A stretch of 64,000 nt of DNA. Source: an uncultured Pseudomonadota bacterium (GTDB lineage: Bacteria; Pseudomonadota; Alphaproteobacteria; Rhizobiales; Beijerinckiaceae). The DNA is taken from contig CAVYTP010000006.1 of assembly GCA_963771455.1 (NCBI GenBank), positions 143,410-207,409 of the forward strand, written 5' to 3'. Position numbers and translations under genes: made by a program. Below, in pieces: positions 54,964 to 64,000 of the stretch (the stretch's first letter is position 1; the number at the start of each line of letters is the position of its first letter). The notes below the pieces were generated by a model. That model had not been told where the DNA came from. It made no database searches and saw only the letters and a list, made by a program, of their open reading frames with translations.

Positions 54964-56782
54964 ACGCGCCGGCGCCTGTTCGTTTGCAGAGTTTTGTGGA
55001 AGTCGGTGGCCCCGCTCACGGCGCAGAACGGGCAGCGGCGTTGCGAGCCGAATTGGAGAAACGCCAACTTACCGGTTTCATCGTGCCGCGCGCCGATGAG
55101 CACCAGAACGAGTACGTGCCCGCAAGCTCCGAACGACTGCTTTGGTTGACGGGTTTTTCTGGTTCGGCGGGCCTCGCCGTCGTGTTGATGGACCGCGCTG
55201 CGCTGTTTGTTGACGGGCGCTACACGGTGCAGGCCGCCGAACAGGTCGATCCAGGCGTCTACACCGTGAGCCGTTGGCCGAAATGCCGCCTCATACCTGG
55301 CTCGAAAAGGCGCTGACGGCGAACGATCGGCTAGGATTCGACCCGTGGTTGATGACGTCGGAGACGGTGAGGCGTCTGACGCGTGCGGCAGAGAAGGCCG
55401 GCGCTAAGTTGACGCCCATTACAAGCAATCCGATCGACGCGGTTTGGCCGGATCGACCCGCGCCGCCGCTCGCCCCGATCACGATCTACCCGGCCGAATA
55501 CGCAGGGAAGCTCGCGACAGAGAAGATCGCCGCCCTTCAGCAAAAGCTTGGCGCCGCGGATGGCGCCCTGCTCAGCGATGCGCACAATGTCGCGTGGTTG
55601 TTCAATATTCGCGGCGCCGACGTCTCCTATACGCCGCTGCCGCTTGCCTTCGCGTATGCGCCGCGCGAAGGCGCTCCATCGCTGTTTATAGATCCGCGAA
55701 AGGTTGGAGCCGAAGTCGCTGCCACTCTACGACAGGATTGCGATATCCGGCCGGCGTCGGAGCTGGAAGCGTTTGTCGCCGCCTTGGGAAAAGGCGGTAA
55801 GAAAATCATCGTCGATTCGGCGACAGGGCCGTCTGCGCTGGCAAGCAAGCTGGAAGCCGCCGGCGGCACTGCTCTGATTGCTGCGGATCCAACGACGCTA
55901 CTGAAAGCCTGCAAGAACGAGGCGGAATTGCGCGGCGCGCGCGCCGCGCATCTGCGCGACGGCGCTGCACTGGTTCGCTTTCTGGCCTGGTTCGACAAGG
56001 CTGTCGAGACCGGCAAACTCACCGAAATCGAAGCGGCCAAGCGACTTGAAGACTTTCGACGCGAAACTGGTTTGCTGAAAGACCTTTCGTTTCCGAGCAT
56101 TTCCGCGGCGGGTCCGCACGCCGCGCTCCCACATTATCGCGTTAGCGAACGCTCGAACCTGCGGATCAAGAAAGGGTTGTTTCTGATCGACAGCGGCGCC
56201 CAGTATATTGACGGCACCACCGACATCACGCGAACCATCGCGGTCGGCGAGCCCACAGCCGCAATGCGCGATCGTTTCACCCGTGTGCTCAAGGGACATA
56301 TCGCCGTCGCGCGCGCGGTGTTCCCGAAAGGCACGACTGGCGCGCAGATTGATGTGCTGGCCCGCGCCGCACTTTGGCGCGCCGGCCTCGACTTCGACCA
56401 CGGCACCGGGCACGGCATCGGCGCCTATCTATCGGTGCACGAGGGACCTCAGCGTATCGCCAAAACTGGCGCGATCCCGCTTGAACCGGGAATGATCATT
56501 TCCAACGAGCCTGGATATTACGCGCCCGGCAAATTTGGCATCCGCCTGGAAAACCTCATCGTCGTCAAACAGATGAAAATCCGTGGCGGCGAACGCGAGT
56601 CGCTGGCATTCGAGACGATATCTTTTGCGCCGCTCGACTTGCGCGCTGTTGATGCCAACATGTTGGATGCGGAAGAAAAAGGTTGGTTGAACCGCTATCA
56701 TGAGGAAGTGCGTGAAAAACTGATGGCGCTGCTCGATAAGCCAACGCAAGCGTGGTTGAAGCGCGCGACGCGAAAAATATAG
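54960..56782 (+). CDS. Xaa-Pro aminopeptidase P (M24; frameshift near 55272)
   Basis: DEHQNEY, WLTGFSGSAG, DSGAQY.DGTTDITRT, HGTGHG.G.YLSVHEGP, SNEPGYY. Confidence 0.93.
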
Positions 56783-56806
56783 GCCGCAACCCTGCTGGTT
56801 GATTAG

Positions 56807-56832
56807 CCCCTCCTCCCGCAAGCGGGAGAAGG
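56807..56832. repeat. Single REP-like palindrome between convergent genes
   Basis: cctcctcccgcaagcgggagaagg. Confidence 0.65.
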
Positions 56833-56843
56833 CTTTACAGACT

Positions 56844-58137
56844 TCACGCGCGCGTCTGTCCCGACCCACGCACTCTGTATTTGAACGTGCATCAGTTGCT
56901 CGACGCCTACCGGCCCGCGCGCGTGCATGCGTCCCGTCGCGATGCCGATTTCGGCGCCGAAGCCAAATTCGCCGCCATCAGCGAACTGCGTCGAAGCGTT
57001 ATGCAATACGATCGCCGAATCGACCTCGTTGAGAAAGCGCTCAGCCGCCTGCGCGTCCTCCGTAACAATGCAATCCGTGTGATGCGACCCGTAAGTCTCG
57101 ATGTGATCGATCGCAGCTTGTACGCCGTCGACGACGCGCACGGAAATGATCGCGTCGAGATATTCGGTCCGCCAGTCCTGCTCGATTGCTGGCGTTACGC
57201 GCGGGTCCGCAGCCAGCGCCTGCTTGTCGCCCCGCACCGCGCAACCCTTGTCGAGCAACGCCTCGATGAGCGGTTTCAACAGGCGCGGCGCGGCCGCGCT
57301 GTCGACGAGCAGCGTTTCGGCAGCGCCGCAAACGCCAGTACGACGCAGCTTCGAATTGACGACCAAACCCAGGGCCATATCGAGACGCGCCGCGCGATCG
57401 ATATAGATATGCACGATCCCCTCAAGATGCGCGAAAACCGGCACGCGCGCCTCCCGCTGTACGCGGTCGACGAGGCTTTTTCCGCCGCGCGGTACGATGA
57501 CGTCGAGAGCGCCGTCGAGTCCTTCAAGCATGGCGCCCACCGCCTCGCGCGAAGTCGACGGCGCGCGCGAAATGGCTGCCTCCGGCAATCCGGCGGCCCG
57601 CAATCCCGCCACGAGGCAGGCGTGAATGGCGCTGCTGGAATGGAAGCTGTCGGAGCCGCCGCGCAATACCACGGCGTTCCCGCTCTTCAGACACAAGGCG
57701 CCCGCGTCGGCCGTGACATTCGGCCGGCTCTCGTAGATCACGCCAACAACTCCCAGCGGTGTTGCGACGCGCTCGATGACGAGGCCGTTGGGCCTGCGAT
57801 AGGTCGCCAGCACGCGCCCGACTGGGTCGGGCAACGCGGCAACTTCTTCAATTCCTCGCGCCATCGCCTCGATGCGCTTTTCGTCGAGCGTCAGTCTGTC
57901 AATCAAAGAGGACGAGAGGTCGCGCCGTTTCGCCTCGGCGAGGTCGCGGGCGTTGGCTGAGAGAATTTCGGATTTCTGCGCGCGTAGATTTTGCGCCGCC
58001 GCGAGGAGCGCCTCCGACTTCCGCTCCGGCGGCGCGCTGGCGATGATCCGGGCCGCGGCGCGCGCCGCGGCGCCAATCGCCTTCATCGTCGAAGCGACAT
58101 CGGGTTCAAAGCTGTGCAAGTGTGCGTTGGCGGACAT
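56844..58137 (-). CDS. proA: Glutamate-5-semialdehyde dehydrogenase (frameshift in the last codons)
   Basis: [50 protein letters not shown]...HARGP. Confidence 0.95.
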
Positions 58138-58255
58138 GGGCTTTACACGGTTGTGGCGCGAGGCCAATACGGGCTGCCGCCTAGCACATTTGCCGCTGGC
58201 GCGAAATCCGCAACGCAAACTTCACCCGCGTTGCAAACGAACTCGGGAGACGAAC

Positions 58256-58576
58256 ATGAGCGCCTGGGAAACGCGCGAAGCCGCTTTTGAAAAGGGCTAC
58301 GAGATCGATTCCGAGCTGCGTTTCAGGTCTCTCGCGCGCCGCAACAAACTCGTCGGCTTATGGGCGGCCGCAAAGCTCGGCAAAACCGCAGAGGACGCCG
58401 AAGACTACGCCTTGCAGCTCGTCGAAGGCCAAGTTGGGGCAGACGACGACGTTCTGGCGAGCCATCTGGCGTCCGAGTTTGAGGGCATCGATCCGCCAAT
58501 CTCAATGCATCGCATTCATCGCAACATTGCGGAGCTTACCGCGCGAGCGATGAAAGACGTGTTCGAAGGCCGCTGA
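58256..58576 (+). CDS. DUF1476 / F1Fo-ATPase inhibitor zeta subunit family
   Basis: RE.AFE......E.RF...ARRNKL.GLWAA.KLG.....A..YA. Confidence 0.85.
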   Translation: MSAWETREAAFEKGYEIDSELRFRSLARRNKLVGLWAAAKLGKTAEDAEDYALQLVEGQVGADDDVLASHLASEFEGIDPPISMHRIHRNIAELTARAMKDVFEGR

Positions 58577-58632
58577 TTTCGGCCTTTTGGAAGTCGCTTT
58601 CTGTCAAGCTGGCTCGCCCACTGCCCGCTGAC

Positions 58633-59826
58633 ATGACAGCATGGCTGACAACAACAAATGATTCGGCCGTGTCCTCGTTCTATCCGCTCGTCGCGCTCCT
58701 GACTTCGGTCTTCCTGCTGATCAGCGGCAACGCGCTGGTCTCGGTGGTCGTGCCGATCCACACCGCGCTCAGCGGGTTCAGCGATCTCTACGCCGGCCTT
58801 CTCGGCTCCGCTTATTATTTCGGAATGTTGCTGGGATCTGCGCAGGCGCCGGCCCTGGTCGCCCGCGTCGGCCACATCCGGGCTTTTGCCGCCTGCGTCG
58901 CTTTGGCGGCAGTCGCCATCGACATCTTGCCGGCGGCGGAAATACCCATCGCGTGGTTGGCGTCGCGCGCGCTGCTTGGCTTCGTGCTCGCGGGCGTTTA
59001 CGCGATCATCGAGTCCTGGATCAACGCCTTCGCCGGCAACCACAACAGAGGCTCGCTCTACGGCATCTATCAGATCGTGAATTTTGCTGCGTCTGCAGCG
59101 GGACAGCTGCTAATGCGCGGCCTCGATCCGACGACGTTCCTGCCGTTTACCGTCGGCTCCGCGTTGTCGGCGCTTGCGATCGTGCCGCTTTCGCTGACGA
59201 AAGCCGACGCGCCGCAAATCCCCGCTGCGGTTAAACTTGAGCTCGCGATGTTTCGTCGGCTGGCGCCGGTCGCGCTGGCGGGCGCTTTCGTGGCGGGCGC
59301 GTGCAATGGGGCCGCGGTTTCGCTGGCGCCTGTCTACGCGTTGCGAATCGGCGTCGCCCCCCAGACCGTCCCCTTCTTCACTTCGGCGATTATCATCGGT
59401 TCGGCGCTCGGGGTGTACCCCGCAGGCCGGCTCTCGGACCGCATGGATCGTCGACTTGTCGTGGCTCTGGCGATGGGCGCGGGCGCTATTTTGGAACTCG
59501 CGCTGGCGATCATCGAACCGACCGGCTCCCTGCTTATTATGTTGGGATTTCTGGTCGGCCTGACGACCTACACTCTCTATACGTTAATTGTCGCGATCGC
59601 CAACGACGGGGTGGCCCCGCGGGAAATGGTCGCAATTTCGGCCAGCATGTTGTTCGTCTACTGCGTCGGCGCCATCCTATCGCCGACGACAGGTTCGGGC
59701 TTCATGCAAATCTTCGGGCCCGCGGCGCTTTTTTGGCAGAGTGGCCTTTTGCACGGCGCACTCGCCATTTTCGCGCTGTTCACGTTCCGGCGGGGGCGGA
59801 GTTCCGTCAGCCTCCGGCCACAGTGA
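58633..59826 (+). CDS. MFS transporter (YcaD-like)
   Basis: RVGHIRAF, IESW.N, NRG...G.Y, GRLSDRMDRR. Confidence 0.88.
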   Translation: MTAWLTTTNDSAVSSFYPLVALLTSVFLLISGNALVSVVVPIHTALSGFSDLYAGLLGSAYYFGMLLGSAQAPALVARVGHIRAFAACVALAAVAIDILPAAEIPIAWLASRALLGFVLAGVYAIIESWINAFAGNHNRGSLYGIYQIVNFAASAAGQLLMRGLDPTTFLPFTVGSALSALAIVPLSLTKADAPQIPAAVKLELAMFRRLAPVALAGAFVAGACNGAAVSLAPVYALRIGVAPQTVPFFTSAIIIGSALGVYPAGRLSDRMDRRLVVALAMGAGAILELALAIIEPTGSLLIMLGFLVGLTTYTLYTLIVAIANDGVAPREMVAISASMLFVYCVGAILSPTTGSGFMQIFGPAALFWQSGLLHGALAIFALFTFRRGRSSVSLRPQ

Positions 59827-60631
59827 TATCGGGAGCGTCGGGGTGCTTCATCCCGACAATATGGTAGCCGGCGTCCACATGCAGGATTTCGCCGGTGACG
59901 CCTATCGACATCGGCGACAGCATGTAAACGGCAGACTGGCCGACCTCTTCGATCGTCACGGTGCGCCGCAGCGGTGAATTGTACTCGTTCCATCGAAGGA
60001 TGTAGCGAAAGTCGCCGATCCCCGAAGCCGCCAGGGTCTTGATTGGGCCGGCCGAGATCGCGTTGACGCGGATGTTGTTCTGGCCAAGGTCTGCGGCGAG
60101 ATAGCGCACACTGGCCTCAAGCGCAGCCTTGGCGACGCCCATCACGTTGTAATGCGGCATCCATTTTTCTGCGCCGTAATACGTCAACGTGAGCATCGAT
60201 CCGCCTTTGCGCATCAATTTTTCCGCGCGCTGGGCAATCGCCGTAAAAGAATAACAGGAAATAAACAGCGATTTCGTAAAATTGTCTTCAGTCGTATCTA
60301 AGTATCTGCCCGTCAGCTGATCCTTGTCAGAGAACGCCACACAGTGGACAACGAAGTCCAGTTCGCCCCACAAACTTGAAACCTCTGCGAATACTGCGTC
60401 AATCGTCGCAGCGTCGGTGACATCGCAGTGGCCGACCACATGCGCCCCTAGCTCCGCAGCGAGCGGACGCACACGCTTTTCAAGCGCATCGCCCTGATAT
60501 GTCAGCGCAATTTCTGCGCCCGCAGCCTGCAGGGCCTTTGCAATGCCATAGGCGATCGACCGGTTATTCGCGACGCCAAAGATGATGCCTTTCAGGCCTT
60601 TCATAGCGCCGTTTGAATTTTCACCGGTCAT
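59807..60631 (-). CDS. fabI: Enoyl-ACP reductase
   Basis: GVANNRSIA, YNVMGVAKAALE, NAISAGPIKTLA. Confidence 0.96.
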   Translation of the reverse strand: MTGENSNGAMKGLKGIIFGVANNRSIAYGIAKALQAAGAEIALTYQGDALEKRVRPLAAELGAHVVGHCDVTDAATIDAVFAEVSSLWGELDFVVHCVAFSDKDQLTGRYLDTTEDNFTKSLFISCYSFTAIAQRAEKLMRKGGSMLTLTYYGAEKWMPHYNVMGVAKAALEASVRYLAADLGQNNIRVNAISAGPIKTLAASGIGDFRYILRWNEYNSPLRRTVTIEEVGQSAVYMLSPMSIGVTGEILHVDAGYHIVGMKHPDAPDITVAGG

Positions 60632-60802
60632 CCCTGGTCCTGCTGTCCAATTAATCCAAGAGGCGATTTCCCTTAGCCGCGAAGGCAGCGCAAGGGAAGG
60701 CTCGGCCGGACATCGCCAGTCACAAATTGTGTGTATTCGGCCACATTCTCTTCGCCAGCCAGCGATTTTGCTTGGCCGAAAACCCGCAGCACTCTACAAT
60801 GA

Positions 60803-60831
60803 TTAACTGCGCTTAATAACTTTGGCTTAAC
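60803..60831 (+). promoter_or_regulatory. CtrA-like box(es) directly upstream of the sigma-like gene
   Basis: TTAACtgcgcTTAATAActttggcTTAAC, containing ATAA-N7-TTAAC and TTAA-N6-TTAA. Confidence 0.55.
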
Positions 60832-60834
60832 ACC

Positions 60835-61356
60835 ATGGCGCTCTCCGGGGTAGATTTCGGGAATATGCGCGAGCTGCACGGTTTCGCGAGGGCGATGATC
60901 GTTGCGGGGCGTCGCCAGCTTGCGGAGCCCCTAGCGAGCCGACTCGCCGAACACCTCGTCCGCCAGGCGTCGATTGTGACCGTTCATTGCGACGCTGCGA
61001 CCGATCGGGTCGCCATTTTCTCGCGCTTCCTTCAACTACATCGGCGGCATGTCTGGAAAACAGCCGCGGACGAGTGCGACTATGAGTGGCCGGAGCACAG
61101 CAAGGGCGGCGTCGATCAAAGCCTGATCCACGCTGTTCAGGCTTTACCCTTGGAATTGCGCGAAGTGTTGCTCCTGGCGACGCTGACCGACTTTACGCAT
61201 CAACAGGCGGCGGCGGCGGCTGGCCTGTCTTTCGCACAGTTTGTGGAACAGCTTGATCGCGCGCGAAAGCGTCTGGCGTCACTTGTCGGCGGAATTGACG
61301 GGTCGCGGCCACCTGTAGCGTGGGAGCGTGCGCCGCACCTGCGGGTGGTCAAATGA
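60835..61356 (+). CDS. Degenerate ECF sigma factor-like protein
   Basis: L..FARA (region 2-like), A..ALP...REVLLL...F....A......RAR.RL (region 4-like), C-terminal HLRVVK. Confidence 0.65.
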   Translation: MALSGVDFGNMRELHGFARAMIVAGRRQLAEPLASRLAEHLVRQASIVTVHCDAATDRVAIFSRFLQLHRRHVWKTAADECDYEWPEHSKGGVDQSLIHAVQALPLELREVLLLATLTDFTHQQAAAAAGLSFAQFVEQLDRARKRLASLVGGIDGSRPPVAWERAPHLRVVK

Positions 61357-61742
61357 AAGGGATGACGTCTACTGCAGTTCTGCACGGATATGTTGACGGG
61401 CGCCTGAGCGATGTTGAGCGCGAAGCACTCGAGATCAGTCTTCAAGGCGATAACGAATTGTCGGCCCAAGTTGAGTTGTGGCGGTCGCACAGGGAAAATC
61501 TTCGCGAAATATTTGGAGTGAGCGACCGTGCGCCGGCGCCTTCCGTACTGCATGCATTAAGGGGCAGGAGCGAGCGGCCGTCATTCGCGCCCATCGAAGC
61601 GTTTGCGTCAACGCGCGCGAGATACAAAGCAGGCGCCTTTCACGCCAGTAAGCCTAGTTGGGCGGCATATTTCGCTCGCAGGATCGCTTCGATTTCGTCT
61701 CTAACTATCATTTTCCTAATGTTGGGCTCAGGTCCGACCTGA
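61353..61742 (+). CDS. Short anti-sigma factor-like protein
   Basis: LHGYVDGRLS..ER..LE..L.......V..W......LR anti-sigma N-domain and C-terminal TM; ATGA overlap with the sigma-like gene. Confidence 0.65.
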   Translation: MKGMTSTAVLHGYVDGRLSDVEREALEISLQGDNELSAQVELWRSHRENLREIFGVSDRAPAPSVLHALRGRSERPSFAPIEAFASTRARYKAGAFHASKPSWAAYFARRIASISSLTIIFLMLGSGPT

Positions 61743-61744
61743 AC

Positions 61745-62629
61745 TCAAATGGGGCGATAGCCGGCGTCGATCGCTTTCCTGAGCTTGCGTAAGTCAGCCC
61801 AAGCCCAGCGTTTCGCATTTGGCTGCCGCAATAGATAAGCGGGATGGAACATTGGCAATGTCGGAAGCTCCGCGCCGGAGTCTCCGGCATAGGTCCGCCA
61901 CTGGCCCCTCGCCCGGGAAATTCCGTCGCGGCCGCCGAGCAGCGTCGTCAGTGCAGAGCCGCCGAGGCAAACGATCAGCCTGGGCGCGCTCAGTTCGATT
62001 TGTCGGCGGATGAACGGCAAGCAGATCTGAGTTTCCTGAGGCGTCGGCGTGCGGTTGCCTGGCGGACGCCACGGCACGCAATTGGCGATGTAGACTTGAG
62101 AACGGTCCAGGCCGATAGAAGCAAGCATGCGATCGAGAAGCTGGCCGGCTCGGCCGACGAAGGGACGTCCGATGCGATCTTCGTCGCCGCCGGGCGCTTC
62201 GCCAACGAACATCAGCGACGCGCCCGGAGCGCCATCGGCGAATACCAGCCGGGTCGCCGTCGACTTCAACGCGCAACCCTCGAACCGCTCGAGCGCCTCG
62301 CGCAAAGCGTCCAGCGATTGAGCGGAGGCAGCAATCTCGCGTGCGCTGCGGGCGGCCTCGTCGACTGCAGTGGAAATAGGTGTCCGGGCCGACTTGTCGA
62401 CAGTAGCATTCGGCTCGGGCGAAACCTGGACGACAGGCGCTTCGCGCCTTTCAGCGCGCCGCGCGGGCGTCGGATTCGCCGCGAATTCCGCGAACCTGTC
62501 ATGCGGCGTTTCGTCGAGCGGCAAATCAATAGCGGAATCGCGCCACCACCTCAGGATCTCAACCGCTCCTTCCGCCGTGAGTGACGCTACGCTTTCCTCG
62601 GAGGGGGCCACCTCACGCCATCCTTTCAT
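61745..62629 (-). CDS. Uracil-DNA glycosylase family 4
   Basis: C.LK.TA..LVF.DG, VGEAPG..ED..G.PFVG.AG.LL, WRPPGNR.P, FHPAYLLR. Start uncertain. Confidence 0.92.
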   Translation of the reverse strand: MKGWREVAPSEESVASLTAEGAVEILRWWRDSAIDLPLDETPHDRFAEFAANPTPARRAERREAPVVQVSPEPNATVDKSARTPISTAVDEAARSAREIAASAQSLDALREALERFEGCALKSTATRLVFADGAPGASLMFVGEAPGGDEDRIGRPFVGRAGQLLDRMLASIGLDRSQVYIANCVPWRPPGNRTPTPQETQICLPFIRRQIELSAPRLIVCLGGSALTTLLGGRDGISRARGQWRTYAGDSGAELPTLPMFHPAYLLRQPNAKRWAWADLRKLRKAIDAGYRPI

Positions 62630-62763
62630 CGTAATTGCCGTGCGTAGCCATATCACATCACCTATCGTCGAGGCGACGCGCTTGACTGTGCGAATGACGG
62701 TCGGCAATTGAACGCGAAATGAGACGACGCGCCTGTAACAAAAACAGGGCCGGGGAGTGAGTG

Positions 62764-64000
62764 ATGAGTGACGAGACCGAGCTGCCTGCCAGGGACTCGA
62801 TGGAATACGACGTCGTGATCGTCGGGGCCGGGCCGGCGGGCCTCGCGGCAGCTATTCGACTGAAGCAACTCGACGAACAGCTTGCGGTCGTGGTCGTCGA
62901 AAAGGGTTCGACAGTCGGCGCGCATATCCTGTCGGGCGCCGTCATCGATCCGATCGGTCTCGACCGGCTGATCCCCGGCTGGCGGGACGATCCTGAGCGG
63001 CCACTGAAGACGCCCGTGAGTGAGGATCATTTCATGGTTCTCGGTCCCTCGGGAGGCATTACCCTTCCGAATTGGCCGATGCCCACCTTCATGAACAATC
63101 ACGGCAACTTCGTCGGCTCGCTTGGCGCCGTCGTGCGCTGGCTCGGGGCGCAGGCCGAAGCGCTCGGCGTCGAGATCTATCCGGGCTTTGCCGCGTCTGA
63201 ACTGCTTTACGACGAAAAGGGCGCTGTCGTGGGCGTCGCCACAGGCGACATGGGCGTCGATCGCGAAGGTAAAGCCAAGGCCGGATTCACCCGTGGCATG
63301 GAGCTGCGAGGCAAATATGTGCTGATCGCCGAGGGCGCGCGCGGCTCGCTCGCCAAGCAGTTGATCGCCCGCTTCAAGCTCGATGCGGATCGCGACCCGC
63401 AGAAATTCGGGCTTGGCATTAAGGAAATCTGGCATATCGACGCGGCGAAGTTCAAACCCGGCAAGGTTCAGCATTCGTTCGGCTGGCCACTGAGCTCGGG
63501 CTCGAGCGGCGGATCGTTCCTTTACCATTACGACGAGCAGCTCGTTTCGGTCGGCTTCGTGGTGCATCTCAACTACCAGAACCCGACACTGTCGCCGTTC
63601 GACGAGTTCCAGCAATTCAAGACCCACCCGTTGATTCGCGAAACTTTTGAGGGCGGCAAACGGATCGGCTACGGCGCGCGTGCTATCTCGTCAGGCGGCT
63701 GGCAATCGGTGCCTCGCCTTGTTTTTCCGGGCGGCGCGCTACTTGGATGCTCCGCGGGCTTCGTCAATTTCGCCCGCATCAAAGGCTCGCATAACGCGGT
63801 TCTGTCGGGCATGCAGGCCGCGGAAGCGGTCGTCGAAGCTTTGGGCGCGGGGCGCGCAAATGATGAACTCGTTGCCTACGAACAGGGCTGGCGTGGTTCT
63901 GAAATCGGTCAAGACCTGAAAAAAGTCCGAAACGTAAAACCATTATGGAGCAAGCTGGGTCTCGGCCTTGGCGTTCCCCTCGCGGGACTCGACATGTGGA
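62764..64000 (+). CDS. Electron transfer flavoprotein-ubiquinone oxidoreductase (partial, runs off the window end)
   Basis: Manual translation: RDSMEYDVVIVGAGPAGL, EKGS.VGAHILSGA, EIYPGF, AEGARGSL, IKGSHNA. Confidence 0.93.
   Translation, partial: MSDETELPARDSMEYDVVIVGAGPAGLAAAIRLKQLDEQLAVVVVEKGSTVGAHILSGAVIDPIGLDRLIPGWRDDPERPLKTPVSEDHFMVLGPSGGITLPNWPMPTFMNNHGNFVGSLGAVVRWLGAQAEALGVEIYPGFAASELLYDEKGAVVGVATGDMGVDREGKAKAGFTRGMELRGKYVLIAEGARGSLAKQLIARFKLDADRDPQKFGLGIKEIWHIDAAKFKPGKVQHSFGWPLSSGSSGGSFLYHYDEQLVSVGFVVHLNYQNPTLSPFDEFQQFKTHPLIRETFEGGKRIGYGARAISSGGWQSVPRLVFPGGALLGCSAGFVNFARIKGSHNAVLSGMQAAEAVVEALGAGRANDELVAYEQGWRGSEIGQDLKKVRNVKPLWSKLGLGLGVPLAGLDMW

Overview
GC-rich alphaproteobacterial chromosome segment. 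Gene content and repeat families suggest Hyphomicrobiales/Rhizobiales (inference). It is mostly housekeeping DNA: gluQ, alkA, tag, puuD plus allantoate amidohydrolase, tolQRAB, rpmI-rplT-pheS-pheT, rpmF, rnpB, ureEFG, glnK-amtB, tesB, kup, pxpABC, cnoX, fpr, yggS, ccmCDG, phaZ, ftsEX-plsC, hpt, pepP, proA, fabI, UDG and ETF-QO, plus tRNA-Pro(CGG) and tRNA-Glu(CTC). Many genes, including essential pheS/pheT and ftsE, are split by indels. I read these as consensus errors, not pseudogenes. I saw no transposase, integrase or CRISPR array. The most notable items are: (1) a HEPN-toxin/small acidic-partner module inside the pheS-pheT operon; (2) a secreted, Cys-rich 7-repeat beta-propeller next to a DUF3592 gene and a nested inverted-repeat element downstream of tRNA-Pro; (3) a second, short TolA paralogue in a tol operon not followed by pal; (4) a degenerate ECF sigma/truncated anti-sigma pair; (5) four CtrA-type boxes, linking two orphan loci to cell-cycle control; (6) an EcfG-type stress promoter ahead of an orphan gene. 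All calls come from motif recognition by eye; no database searches were run.
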